A stretch of 64,000 bases of DNA from an uncultured Spirochaetota bacterium. Its GTDB lineage: Bacteria > Spirochaetota > Spirochaetia > SZUA-6 > CAVTHK01. Under the pieces are notes generated by a model. The model made no database searches, was not told the DNA's origin, and was given only the letters and a program-made list of their open reading frames with translations. How positions within the stretch are numbered: position 1 is the first letter of the stretch; every line of letters begins with the position of its first letter. The translations under genes were made by a program, and so were the position numbers. This document shows, piece by piece, positions 38,966 to 50,581 of the stretch. The stretch lies in the NCBI GenBank assembly GCA_963734495.1, contig CAVTHK010000016.1, forward strand, positions 256,001-320,000, written 5' to 3'.

Positions 38966-41083
38966 TCAGCGCTTGCGGGCCGGCGCGCCCGACTCCAGCA
39001 GGATCGAGCAGAACTCGTCCAGCCGCTCAATCTCGACGACCGTTCCTTTGCGATCGCTGCGGACCGTCACGGCGCCTTCGGCCTTGAGCACGCGGTGGCG
39101 GGCCGGACCGACCCGCAGCTCTACGCGCAGGTCGCGCACAGGGACGAGCGCACGCAAGGGCCGTGCGGGCGCCGAGGTGTGGTTCACCAGCGACAGGACC
39201 AGCGGGGCGGCGGCGCCCCCGTCGTGCCGCCTCGTCAGGCCGATGTGCACGCTCTCGGGCGCGTTGGTCCGCAGCACGAGATCGTCGCCGAGGAGCAGCC
39301 GCGCCGCGTTCGCCAGCGTGAGCCGGAAGTCGGGGTGCCCGTGGAGCAGGCTCATGCGGTCCGGCTGGTTTGCGAAGTAGACGACGTTGCCCTTGCCGAA
39401 GGGGTGAACGCAGATGGTCGGCTCGTCGCCGGGGATCGTCTCGCGCCAGGCGCGCTCGGGCGGCTGGTTGACGATGATCGGGACGAAGCGGCAGACGATC
39501 TGCGCGCCGTCGACGCGGGTCATGGCCGTGCTGCCCGCGTTGATGAGCATCTCGGTGTCCCTGATGCCCGCCAGGACCGGGTGGCCTGCGATCTCGATGT
39601 ACTGGTAGCAGTCCTTGTGGGTGTCCAGGGTCGATCCCGCGTAGCGGCAGCCGAAAAGGTCCGCGAGGCCGAAGTCCGCGCGGCGCGTCCCCTCCAGGTC
39701 GTAGAGCGAGGACTCGAAGGTGGCGAGCAGCTTCCCGCCCTGCCGGACCCATTCGCGGATCCAGCCGCACTGCTGGTCGCTCAGGCAGGCCGCGTTGGGC
39801 ATGGCCAGCACCTTGATCGAGGCGAGCGACTCGGGCGACAGCTCGGCGTCCGAGAGGAACCCATACGGGATGTGCTCGTCGACGAGCACGGTCTCCAGGC
39901 CCTGGACCGCGGTCGTGTAGGCGTCTTTGCGCGCATCGTCCGAGCCGAAGCGGTCCTTGGTCGGCTTCGAGTAGAAGACGGCCAGGTCCCGCACCGGCAC
40001 CTGCGAGTCGAGAGCCTCCTCGTTGTCCGCCATGAAGCCGTAGACGTCGCGCGCGATCATCGCGTTGCGGCGGTCGTGGGTCGCGCCGGGATGGTCTCCG
40101 TTGAATACGCAGTTCCAGAAGCCGCTCCCGTTGGCCACGCCTTCCCACAGCCACACGCGGGTGTCGATCGGCGGGTCCATGACGTATCGGTGCGAGGTCC
40201 CGTTGCCGCCGAAGAGGATGACCGGCTCCTTGGCCGGGTCGAGCGATCGGAGGAACCGCGCGATGCTTCCCGCGTAGCGCAGGTCGAACCAGGCCGGGTA
40301 GTCCGTGTTCCTGGTGAGGAAGGCGACACTGACTAGAAAATCGAAGGTATCCCGCGCGTCGTACAGATCGATGCCGGTTTCCTTGGGCATCCCGACGTCG
40401 AACATGCTGAAGACTTCGGCGCAGTAGACCTTGTCGTCGCCGTAGGACTTGCAGACGGCGCGCAGCCTCTCCAGGTTGCGCCGCGCGCTGCGCGCTTTGA
40501 ACGCCCAGTAGGGCTCGAAGTCCCCGCCGGTGCGCGGAATGGGGCCGCCCACCTCGCGCGCGTAGAGCTCGCGGCAGCGGTCGCAGTAGCAGACATCGTG
40601 GCAGAGCACGGCGTTGTGCCAGATCCCGTCGATCCCGTAGCTCTCGAAGAGGTGTCGCATGAACGCTTCCGCGTGCTCGTTGCGGTAGTAGCTCTCGTAG
40701 CACGGCCTGTAGAGGGGAAGGCTCGTGTCCTGCCTGACGAGCGGCCCGCCGTCCTCGCCCTTCGCGAACCAGTCGGGATGCTGCTCCCAGTGGTGCTTCT
40801 GCACGCCGCGGAAGTCCACGCGGGTGATGACCTTGATGCCTTCGGCCCGGCACGCCTTGGAGATCTCGGCCACGATGTCGCGCTTCTCGAGAAACGGAAC
40901 CGGCGACGCGAAGGGGAGCGGGCTCTGGAAGAAGTCGAAGATGCCGCCCGCATTGACGACGAGGCAGTTGCTGCGAGAGTCCTTGAGATAGCGCACGACG
41001 CCTTCGACGTCGTAGCCGATCGCGTCGATTTCGCGGAGCACCGTCTGCGTGATCCGCAGCGGCCGCGTGTACCACTGGTTCAT
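38966..41083 (-). CDS. GHL6/alpha-amylase-like TIM-barrel glycoside hydrolase with beta-galactosidase trimerisation (GATase-like) domain
   Basis: VVNAGGI, RDIVAE..ACRAEGIKV..RVD, HPDW, YGIDGIW.N; LAMPNAACLSD..WVRQGGKLLATFESSLYD. Confidence 0.75.
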   Translation of the reverse strand: MNQWYTRPLRITQTVLREIDAIGYDVEGVVRYLKDSRSNCLVVNAGGIFDFFQSPLPFASPVPFLEKRDIVAEISKACRAEGIKVITRVDFRGVQKHHWEQHPDWFAKGEDGGPLVRQDTSLPLYRPCYESYYRNEHAEAFMRHLFESYGIDGIWHNAVLCHDVCYCDRCRELYAREVGGPIPRTGGDFEPYWAFKARSARRNLERLRAVCKSYGDDKVYCAEVFSMFDVGMPKETGIDLYDARDTFDFLVSVAFLTRNTDYPAWFDLRYAGSIARFLRSLDPAKEPVILFGGNGTSHRYVMDPPIDTRVWLWEGVANGSGFWNCVFNGDHPGATHDRRNAMIARDVYGFMADNEEALDSQVPVRDLAVFYSKPTKDRFGSDDARKDAYTTAVQGLETVLVDEHIPYGFLSDAELSPESLASIKVLAMPNAACLSDQQCGWIREWVRQGGKLLATFESSLYDLEGTRRADFGLADLFGCRYAGSTLDTHKDCYQYIEIAGHPVLAGIRDTEMLINAGSTAMTRVDGAQIVCRFVPIIVNQPPERAWRETIPGDEPTICVHPFGKGNVVYFANQPDRMSLLHGHPDFRLTLANAARLLLGDDLVLRTNAPESVHIGLTRRHDGGAAAPLVLSLVNHTSAPARPLRALVPVRDLRVELRVGPARHRVLKAEGAVTVRSDRKGTVVEIERLDEFCSILLESGAPARKR

Positions 41084-43283
41084 TTCGCCGTCCCTTCGAC
41101 CACGATCACCTCATGGTCCTCTATGCTGTCGAGCTTGATCTCCGCCCAGCCCTCCCGGAGCGCGACCTTCGGCGCGCCGCCGGCCGCGAGCAGCTTTGCC
41201 GAGGGGGCGGCGCCGCCGGGCCACCGCAGCCCGACGGAGACGGGCCCCACCGGGATCAGCTCGTGCAGCGGCTTGGACTCGGTCGCGGTGAGGTTCACGA
41301 TGTGCAGCACCATCCGCGACGGCCCCTGGCTGTAGAGGTGGCAGTCGAGCAGGCCGCGCCCCTCCACGCGCAGGGGGATGCCGTCGCCGGCCGCCCACCG
41401 GATCGCGTTGGCGAGCAGCCGCGCGTGGTCGGGCAGATTGTCGCGGCCGAAGCAGCGATCGACGTCCGCGGCGAAGTACGCGATCCTTCCGCCTCGCGGA
41501 TGCTCCCTGACCACGACCGCGGGCAGGGTCCCGCCCGGGTTGCGCATCCAGGACATCTCGGGAGGGAATACGGGGAAGGGCGGCACGTAGACCGCCGGCG
41601 CCTGCGTCCCCTCGGCCGCGCGGACCGCCTCGAGCCTCCCGCCGAACGGGAGAAGGTCGGTCTCGTCGAACCCTGACAGCAGCGGATGGCGGGTTCCGGC
41701 CGCCGGCGGTTCCGTTCCCGCGCGCGGCCCGTAGACGCCGGCCCGCAGCTCCGGGCTGAGGCGCAGGTAGGTGTGCTGCACCCAGTCGTCCCAGCTCGTC
41801 TGCAGGCGGTGATGGTGCCCGTGGAACGCGCCGAGGTGGCTGACGCCGAGGATGTCGGAAAGCGCGAAGTCCGCCCGGCGCTCGCCCCACTCGTCGCAGA
41901 GGCTGGTCTCGCCGGTGGCCACGAGCGAGCCGCCCGCCTCGACGAAGCGCCGGATAGCAGCGCACTGCGCGTCGGAGAGGGCGGCGAGGTTCGGGAGGAC
42001 CAGCACTCGGAGGCCGCCGGCGTCGCGGCCGATGTGGTCGGCGTGCACCGGCAGGTACGGGATGCGCGCGCGGATCATGGCGCGCGTCACGCCCATCCAC
42101 GGGTGCCGCCAGAACGTCTGCGCGTCGTCGCGGCCGTAGAAGTCGATGTTGTCCTGGCTCCAGACCACGCCGACGCTCGCCACGGGGCGTCGATCCACGA
42201 GGTACTGCTCGTTGGCCTCGTGCCAGCGGAACAGAGGCTCGGCCGTCTTGTATTGCCGCCGGTCCTCGTGGTAGGCGCCGATGTGGTGCCACCACGGCAT
42301 GATGCCGCCGGCGAACCCCTCGAGCGCCCACATGCGCGCCTCGGGCTCGGCCTTGCTCGCAATGCGGAACGGCAGGTGCGAGTGCTCGTACATGGCCATG
42401 CTTTCGGGCACCAGGCGTTCCCAGCCCAGCATGCCGTGAATCGTCTTTCCGAACTCGCCGTTCTGGGCAAACCCTCCGGCATGCTGCCTCGACTGGGAGT
42501 CGAGCAGGATCATGGGCGTGCGCTCGCAGATGCCCTTGTAGTCGCGGAACCGGGCGCCTTCGTTTCCCATATCCCCGCCCGTCATGCCGACCCAGATGCA
42601 GTCCTTGCCGCCCGCCTCCCGGGTCGCCCGGTTGTTGATGTCCCAGACCTCCAGGCGGCGCGCGTAGCTCCACTTGATCCACTTGCGGTAGGCCTGGTCG
42701 TTCCAGTCGGGCTTGCGCGGGAGGTCCAGGCCGGTGGCCTCGCGAAACCGCCGCCGCGAATGCGGGCTGTAGGAGATGTGACCGCGGTCGAGCCCGGTCC
42801 AGCTGTTGTCGCGCGAAGCCGTCGGGGTGGTAGCGGCTCGCGATCTCGCGGAGCACCCCGGGCAGGTACTCCTCGTAGTAGGGGCTGTCGATGCAGGTGA
42901 CGTAGAGGCCTCCGACCATGTACGGCTTGCCGTTCGCGTCGACCGCCATCCAGTCCGGATGGTCGACGAAGAAGGGCTCGTGCACGCGGTTGGAATCCAT
43001 CCGCGCGAACACGGCCAGGCCTTCGGCGCGCGCGGCTTCGACGAGCTCGCCGAACAGGTCGCGGCCGCCCAGGTGCTCGGCGTAGTACGTGAGCGGGTAC
43101 CGGCTCGGGCGGTAGTAGGCGACGATGCCGCCTGCGTTGATGATGACGCCCTGCACCCGTGTCCGGCGCCAGTGCTCGCGCCAGAAGGCGTATGTCGTAA
43201 CGCACGGGATCGATCTCGGTGATGTTGGTCTGCCCCCACCGCCTGACGCGGCCGTACCACGGCCCCGAGGTGCTCTTGCCCAC
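41080..43283 (-). CDS. second GHL6-like glycoside hydrolase paralog (indels near 43190, 43110, 42815)
   Basis: RRWGQTNITEIDP, QGVIINAGGIVAYY, RDLFGELV, RYHPDGF-DNSW, VLVLPNLAALSD..FVEAGG. Confidence 0.75.
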
Positions 43284-43342
43284 GCCTGCCTCCGTTTGAA
43301 CCGCGGCGCGAGGGATCGATCTCGCCCGGCGCCGGGAGCCGC

Positions 43343-43444
43343 ATGCTATCTTTCGCCCCGTGCCTTGTCAAACCGGCGGGGGTCCAGGCGGGGGTCCAGG
43401 CAGGGTGTCCAGTGATTGATGCGGGCCGGAGGTTCGTGTACACT
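43343..43444. promoter_or_regulatory. back-to-back divergent sigma70 promoters separated by a 12-13 bp tandem repeat
   Basis: Minus TTGACA(43371-66)-N17-TAGCAT; plus TTGATG(43416)-N17-TACACT; GGCGGGGGTCCA twice plus GGCAGGGTGTCCA in between. Confidence 0.65.
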
Positions 43445-43467
43445 GCGGCTCTCCAGGAGGTAAAGGG

Positions 43468-44381
43468 ATGCAGGACTCTTTCCGCAGCTACATGCGCGTC
43501 GGGATCATCCACTTCATGGCGTATCCCGCGACCATGAAGGGCGAAGGCCCGATCGTCGAGACCGTGAAGAAGATCGCTCATGACGACTACTTCGACGTGA
43601 TCGAGATCACCTGGATCAAGGACCCGGCCGTCCGCAAGGAGGTCAAGGGGATCCTGGAGACCGCTCACATGACGGTCGCCTACGGCGGCCAGCCGCGGCT
43701 GCTCACCACGGGGCTGAACATCAACGACCTCGACGACGGCAAGCGCCGGCAGGCGATCGCCACCCTCAAGGAGGGGATCGACGAGGCCTACGAGATGGGC
43801 GCCGTCGGCTTCGCCTTCCTCAGCGGGCCGTACCAGGAAAACCGCAAGGAGGCCGCGTTCGACGCGCTCGCTGGATTCGACCAAGGAGCTCTGCGCGTAC
43901 GCCAAGTCCAAGGGCAGCATGAAGGTCGTCCTGGAGGTCTTCGACTACGACATCGACAAGAAGAGCCTGATCGGTCCGGCCGCTCTGGCCAAACGCTTCG
44001 CGGAGACCATCCGCAAGGAGTACCCGAGCTTCGGCCTCATGCCTGACCTCAGCCACATGCCGCTGCTGCGCGAGAGCCCGACCGAGTCGCTCGTCCCGAT
44101 CAAGGACTACATCGTGCACGCGCACATGGGCAACGCCGTGGTGCAAGGACAAGGCGCTCACCGCGTACGGCGACCAGCACCCGCGCTTCGGGTTCCCCGG
44201 CAGCGAGAACGACGTCGACCAGCTGGTCGAGTACCTGCGGGTCCTGCTGAAGATCGGCTACCTCAACAAGAAGAACCCGCCGATACTCAGCTTCGAGGTC
44301 AAGCCCGTCGGCAGCGAAGACCCGGAGGCGGTCATCGCGAACGCCAAGAGGACGCTGAACCAGGCCTGGGCAAAGCTGTAG
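43468..44381 (+). CDS. sugar phosphate isomerase/epimerase (xylose isomerase-like TIM barrel), about 2 indels
   Basis: GIIHFMAYP, VVLEVFDYDIDKK, DLSHMP, HAHMGN, GDQHPRFG, SFEVKP; GGAGG RBS. Confidence 0.8.
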
Positions 44382-44482
44382 CAGGACTGCGCCGGACCGG
44401 CCGGGGCCAGCGGCTCGCGCGCTCGTCCCGGCCGGGAACGGTGCGACGCACAGCCAGCGCGCCAGGCCTCGCGAGTACCTGC

Positions 44483-45818
44483 ATGAGAGCCCTCAGATCC
44501 ATCCCGATCTTCTTCGGCGCGCTGCTGCTGTTGTCCTCCTGCGTGCGCCGCGGCGGCGCCGAAGACGACCTCCTCGCCGCGAACGCCGGCTCGGCGGCCC
44601 GCAAGGAGGAGGAGCCCCGCTACAAGGTCGCCCGGGGCGAAGTCATCAAGAAGGTGCAGTTCCTCAGCAGCGTCGCGCCCATCGAGGAGCACCAGCTGTT
44701 CTTCCGCGCCGACGGCCGGGTGCGCACCATCAACGTCGTCGAGACCGAGAACGTCGCGTTCAGGCCAGGTCCTGGCCGAGCTGGAGATGACCGATCTCCT
44801 CAACCGCGTCGCCCAGGCCCGGGTGAACCTGGACAAGGCCCGCATGATGCTGGCCGAGATCGAGGCGAACCGCATCGCGATCGCAAAGGCGGAGGCCGAG
44901 CTCGCGGAAAAGCAGATCGAGCGCAGCCGCTTCGCCAACGAAGACCCGGAGCAGGCGATCATCATCGCCAAGGCGAGCCTCGACAAAGCGTCGCTCGCCG
45001 TGGAGGCGGCTCGCGCGGCGGATGCCGCCCACGGCCGCACCCAGCCTTCGCTCGAGCTGCGGCAGACGGAGCTCGAGCAGACCGTCGCGCGGGCCAACTA
45101 CGAGCTGTCGCAGCGCGGCCGCGCCGACCACGCGATGCGGCTCGCGATGCTCGACCAGGAGGTCGAGCTCGCGAAGCTCAAGCTCGAGGAGATCAAGACG
45201 CAGAAGAACCCGCAGGCGATCAGCGACGTGCGGATCGCCGAGCTCGGGCTCAAGCAGCTCGAGGACCAGGCCGCCATGATGCGGATCGTCTCTCCCATCG
45301 CCGGCCGCGTCATGAGCGTAAACCTGCTTTCGGGGGGCGAGGTCAAGGCGTACCAGCCCGCGATCGTCGTCGCGGACCCGTCCACATTCGAGATCCGGGC
45401 CGACCTGCTGCGCGAGGAGGTGCTTCAGCTCCACATCGGCCAGCAGGCGCAGATCGAGCTGGTGGCGCAGCCGGGGCGGGTGATCCCGGGAGTGGTTCGC
45501 CGCCTGCCGTACGCCGGCCTGACGGGCTCCGACTACCTCGAGAGCCTCGACCGCTCGACCCGCATCCGCTTCGACCCCCCCAAAGACATCCCGCTGGAGG
45601 TCGGCGACCTCGCGCGGGCGACGGTCGTGCTGGAGAGGCGCGAGAACGTCCTGTTCCTGCCCAAGGAGGCGGTGCGGACCTACCAGGGACGGCGCTTCGT
45701 CGTGATCGAGGAGCCGGACCGCCGGCGGCGCGCCGACGTCAAGGTCGGGCTGCTGGGCGACGACCGCGTCGAGCTCGAAGAAGGCGTCAAGGATGGCGAG
45801 ACCGTCGTAGGCCAGTGA
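44483..45818 (+). CDS. RND/MacA-like periplasmic adaptor (HlyD family), lipoprotein (indel near 44760)
   Basis: Lipobox LSSC, YKVARGEV, long coiled coil, IVSPIAGRV, LPKEAV, VKVGL..GVKDGETVV. Confidence 0.85.
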
Positions 45819-48711
45819 AAGCGCTCCGCGTCGGCCGGCTTCTGTCCATATTCCCCGTCGTCACCAAGCGCCTGGTGAGCAGCCCGGCGCTGACCCTCAG
45901 CGTGATCGTCGGCCTCGCGACCGCGGTTGCCCTCTCCGCCGCGATTCCCATGTACTCGGACGCGGTCCACACGCGCATGCTCAGGCGCGAGCTCGGCGGC
46001 GGCGCCGCCGCGTACTCGGTCATGTACTGGTACCTCGGGTCCAACTACAAGGCGCTCGACCTCGAGGACATCGCGGACGTGGACCGGTACATCGTCGAGC
46101 GCGCGCCCAGGCTGGTCGGGCTGCCCCTGCGTCTGAGCGTGCGGCACATGGGGACCGACAACATGCGGCTCTTCTCGGCCCCGGGGGGAAGATACGAGGA
46201 CAAGGGCGACGGGCTCGAATGGCCCGCCCTCGGGTTCATCACCGGGCTCGCCGATCACGTGGACGTCATCGAGGGCGCGTTCCCCAAGGCCACCCCCGCA
46301 CCGGAGCCCATCGAAGTGCTGGCGCTGCGCGAGTTCGCCGAGCAGCTGGGCCTGCAGGTCGGGGAGCGCTACGCCCTCGTCGGAGAGACCGTGCTCGAGG
46401 GGCGAAAGCAGAAGGTGGAGTTCCCGGTCAGGATCGCCGGCATCTGGAAGGCGAAGGACGAGGCGGACACGTTCTGGTTCTACCGTCCCTCGTCGTTCGA
46501 CAAGATGCTGCTGGTCCCCGAGGACGTGTTTGTGAACCGCGTCGCGAGCGTCTACGAGGAGGAGGTGCTCCGCGCGGTCTGGTACCAGGTCTACGACGGC
46601 ACCAGCGTCAACATAGAGCGCGTGCCGCAGCTGCAGTCGGCGTTCCGCGTGATCAGGACGCAGGTGGAGTCGCGCCTGCCCGGGGCGTCCATCGCCCAGA
46701 GCCCCGAGGAGGCGATGGACCGCTACCGGCTCGAAGCCTACCACCTGATGATCCTGCTCTACGTCTTCAGCCTCCCCGTCATCAGCCTCGTGCTGCTGTT
46801 TGTCGGCCTGGTCTCGCAGATGGTCGTCGACAGGCAGAAGAACGAGATCGCGCTGCTGCGCAGCCGCGGCACGTCGCGGATGCAGGTCTTCGGCATCTAT
46901 GCCTTCGAAGGGGTCCTCACCGGGGTGGCCGCCGCCCTGATCGGGCTGCTGACGGGACACGCCGTCGCCGCGGCCATCGGCCGGACGGAGTCCTTTCTGG
47001 TGTTCCGCGCCGGGCCCTCTCTCTTCGTGCGCGTGACGCAGCTCAGCCTCGCGCTCGCGGTCGGCGCCCTCGTGCTGGCGCTCGCCGCCAGCCTGGCTCC
47101 GGCGCTCGCGGCCAGCCGCCACACGATCGTCACCTACCGCCGGCAGACGGCACGCTTCGCGGGCAAGCCGCTGTGGCAGCGGCTCTTCCTGGACTATGCG
47201 CTGCTCGTGCCGGTTGCGTACGGCTACTACATGCTCAGCCGCCGCGGCACGATCGGCCTCGCCAAGAGCGGCGAGACCGTCGGGGATCCCTTCCAGAACC
47301 CGCTGCTGTTCCTGGTGCCTACGCTCGCGCTCGTCGCGGCCGCGCTCATCTTCCTGCGGCTGTTCCCGTGGCTCATGGAGAACTCTCGCGCGCGCGAGCG
47401 AGCGCCTGAAGGGGGCGTCGCTGCTGCTCGCATTGCGCTCCCTCGCCCGGTCCTCGCGCCACTACACGGGACCTCTCCTCCTGCTGATGCTCACGATCGG
47501 CCTGGCAGCCTTCACCGTGACCATGGCTCGCGCCCTCGACCGCCACCTCGTCGACAGCTCGTACTACAAGACGGGCGGCGACTTCCTGCTGCGCGAGACG
47601 GGAGAGCTCGTGGCCGCGGATACGACCGAGGGCGAGGCAGGCGGTGGCTCCGCCAAGGGTTCCGAGCCGCCCCCGCCCGTCGATCCGAACGAGGAGGAGC
47701 CCCACTGGGTGTTCATGCCCGTCTTCGACTACAAGAGCGTGCCGGGAGTCGAGGCGGTCACCCGGGTCGGGGTGTACAAGGTGCAGGCCCGCTGGAGCGC
47801 CCGGGGCGAGAACGGACAGATCGCCGGGATCGACAGGGACACGCTGCTCGAGGTGACGCGCCTCCGCCGCGACTTCGCCCCGCAGGCCGGACTCACGGCT
47901 CATCGACGCGTTGGGGGCCGACCCGTCCGCGATCCTCGTCGAACAGCGCTTCTTCCGGGAGAACAAGCTCAAGGTTGGCGACAGGATCGCCCTCACGGTG
48001 CAGATCCTCGGCAAGTGGGTCGAGATGCCGATGATCGTCGCCGGAGTCATCGACTACTTCCCGACGCTCTACCTGGAGGACGGGCCTTTCTTTATCGCGA
48101 ACCTGGACTACCTGTTCTCCCAGGCGGGAGGGCTCTACCACTACGACATCTGGGTCAAGGCGAAGTCGGACCTGACGGCCCGCAAGCTTTCCGACGGGAT
48201 GTGGGATCTCAAGCTGCCCGCTTCGATCCAGGGCGACGCGGGCGCCGAGATCCGCGCGGAGCAGGCGAGACCGGAGCGCCAGGGATTCTACGGGATCCTT
48301 TCCGTCGGGTTCATCGCCGCGGCCCTCGTGACCGCCCTCGGCTTTCTCATCTACTCCCTGGTCTCGTTTCAGCGCCGCGCCATAGAGCTGGGGACGCTCC
48401 GCGCGATCGGGCTTTCGACCGCGCAGATGATCGCCTACGTCGCCGGGGAGCAGCTCGCCCTGGTGGCGATGGGCACCATGACCGGCGCTCTGCTCGGCAT
48501 CGCGACGGGAGCGCTGTTCGTCCCGTTCCTCCAGGTGGGCTCCGCCAAGTACACGCAGACGCCGCCGTTCATCGTGCGCGCGCCGGTCGGCGACGTCGCC
48601 CTGATCCTCGCGGGCTTCGCCGCTGTCCTGGTGACCGTGGTCGCGATCACGCTCTGGCTGCTGCGGCGGATGCGCATCTTCGAGGCCGTCAAGATGGAGG
48701 ACGTCGGATGA
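45815..48711 (+). CDS. large double FtsX/MacB-like permease (indels near 47385 and 47890)
   Basis: RQKNEIALLRSRGTS and RRAIELGTLRAIGLS FtsX signatures, large periplasmic loops, KPLWQRLFLD. Confidence 0.85.
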
Positions 48712-49793
48712 GCGGTCCGGAGGCTCCGGCCGGCGCGGCTCCCATGGCGCAGGATGACGCGTCGAAGCGCGACGGGCCCTTCATCACTTGCGAGAACCTC
48801 GTCAAGATCTACCGGATCGGCGACGCGGAGGTCCTTGCGCTCCAGGGGCTCGACATGACGGTCTCCGACGGCGAGCTCATGGCCATTGTCGGGACCAGCG
48901 GCAGCGGCAAGTCCACGCTGATGAACATCCTCGGCGGGCTGGACCTCCCGACTGCCGGAAAGATCGTCGTGGACGGCCTGAACCTCCTGCGCCTGCCGGC
49001 CGCGGAGCTCAACGACTACCGGCGCAACAGGGTGGGATTCGTCTGGCAGCAGACCTCGCGCAACCTGATCCCGTACCTGAGCGCGACCGAGAACGTCGAG
49101 CTGCCCATGGTGCTCAAGGGCATCCGAGCGGCCGAGATGAAGGCGTGGGCGCGGGAGCTGCTCGCGCAGGTCGGCTTGGAGAACCGGGCGGCGCACCGCC
49201 CGCCGCAGCTTTCCGGAGGCGAGCAGCAGCGGGTCGCCATCGCGGTGGCGCTGGCGAACCGGCCGCGGCTGCTCCTTGCGGACGAGCCCACCGGCGAGCT
49301 CGATACCCTGACGGCGCGGACCGTGCTGGAGACCTTCCGCAGGCTCAACGAGGCCCTTGGAATCACGACCGTGATCGTCAGCCACGACCGCGACATCGCG
49401 CGGTTCGTCGATCGCGTCGTGGCGATCCGGGATGGGAAGACCAGCACCGAGCGCGTCCGACGCGCCGCGGTCGCGCCGGCGGGCGACGCACAGCCCGGCG
49501 AAGCGCACGCCACGGGAGCGACCGGCGGCGGTTCCACCGGTGCCGAGTCCGAGTACCACGAGTACGTCGTCCTCGACTCGGCCGGCAGGCTGCAGATTCC
49601 AGCGGAATACCGCGAGAAGCTCGACATCGGCGACCGCGTGACCCTCGACATGATGGACGAAGGGCTGCTCATACGGCCGGTCTCCGGCAGGGGCCTGGTT
49701 CAGAAGGAAGAGGCCGCAGAGGGAGAACACCCCGCCCGGACGCGGACGCGCAGGCGCGGATGGCTGTTCGGCCTGAGGAGGAAGCGCCGGTGA
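48708..49793 (+). CDS. MacB/LolD-like ABC ATPase with C-terminal AbrB/SpoVT-like domain
   Basis: GTSGSGKST, LSGGEQQR, LADEPTGELD; tail VVLDSAGRLQIPAEYREKLDIGDRV. Confidence 0.9.
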   Translation: MSGPEAPAGAAPMAQDDASKRDGPFITCENLVKIYRIGDAEVLALQGLDMTVSDGELMAIVGTSGSGKSTLMNILGGLDLPTAGKIVVDGLNLLRLPAAELNDYRRNRVGFVWQQTSRNLIPYLSATENVELPMVLKGIRAAEMKAWARELLAQVGLENRAAHRPPQLSGGEQQRVAIAVALANRPRLLLADEPTGELDTLTARTVLETFRRLNEALGITTVIVSHDRDIARFVDRVVAIRDGKTSTERVRRAAVAPAGDAQPGEAHATGATGGGSTGAESEYHEYVVLDSAGRLQIPAEYREKLDIGDRVTLDMMDEGLLIRPVSGRGLVQKEEAAEGEHPARTRTRRRGWLFGLRRKRR

Positions 49794-50496
49794 GCGAGAC
49801 GACCCGCGAGGTCATTCGCGCCCAGGGGGTCAGGCGCTCCTTCCGCGTCGGCCCCGTCGAAGTCCACGCCGTGGACGGCGTCGACCTCGCGATCGAGCGG
49901 GGCGAATTCGCGGTCCTCAGGGGCCGCTCCGGCTCCGGCAAGACCACGCTGCTGAACCTGCTCGGCGGGCTGGACCGGGCGACCGCGGGCGAGGTCTACC
50001 TCAACGGCCGCGCCCTTTCGGGCTTGAGCGACGACGAGATGACGGAAGTGCGCAGGCGCGACATCGGGTTCGTGTTCCAGTCCTTCGCGCTGCTTCCGAC
50101 CTTTTCGGCCTACGAGAATGTCGAGCTCCCCCTTCGCATCGCGCGCGTCGACGCGTCCGAGCGGGCGGACGCGGGCGCGCCGGTGCCTCGAGCTCGTCGG
50201 CCTCGCGCAACCGCGCCGACCACCGGCCCGACGAGATGAGCGGCGGCCAGCAGCAGAGGGTGGCGATCGCGCGCGCCCTCGTCAGCTCGCCGACGCTGAT
50301 CCTCGCCGACGAGCCGACCGGCGAGCTGGACAGCCGCAGCGGGGAGCAGGTCCTGGAGCTGTTCCGCCGCATCGCCCGCGACGACGGCGTCACGGTGGTG
50401 ATGGCATCCCACGACCCGATCGTCGACGAGTACGCCGGCGTCGTCTTCGAGATGCGCGACGGGCGGATCACCGCCACGAAACGCAACGGCGCTTGA
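49790..50496 (+). CDS. second MacB/LolD-like ABC ATPase (indels near 50165-50210)
   Basis: GRSGSGKTT, GFVFQSFAL, MSGGQQQR, LADEPTGELD. Confidence 0.88.
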
Positions 50497-50581
50497 TGCC
50501 CAGGGACGCGCGGGCGCCGCGAGGGCGCCCAGCGGGGCGCATTGACGCGAGCTCGATGCCGCCGATACATTCGGACCGTCC

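Noticed and set aside
43919-48034. 1371-aa ORF as a giant fusion protein (likewise 47196..49793 and 41080..43920)
   Set aside because: Chance read-through of stop-poor high-GC frames joining pieces of separate frameshifted genes
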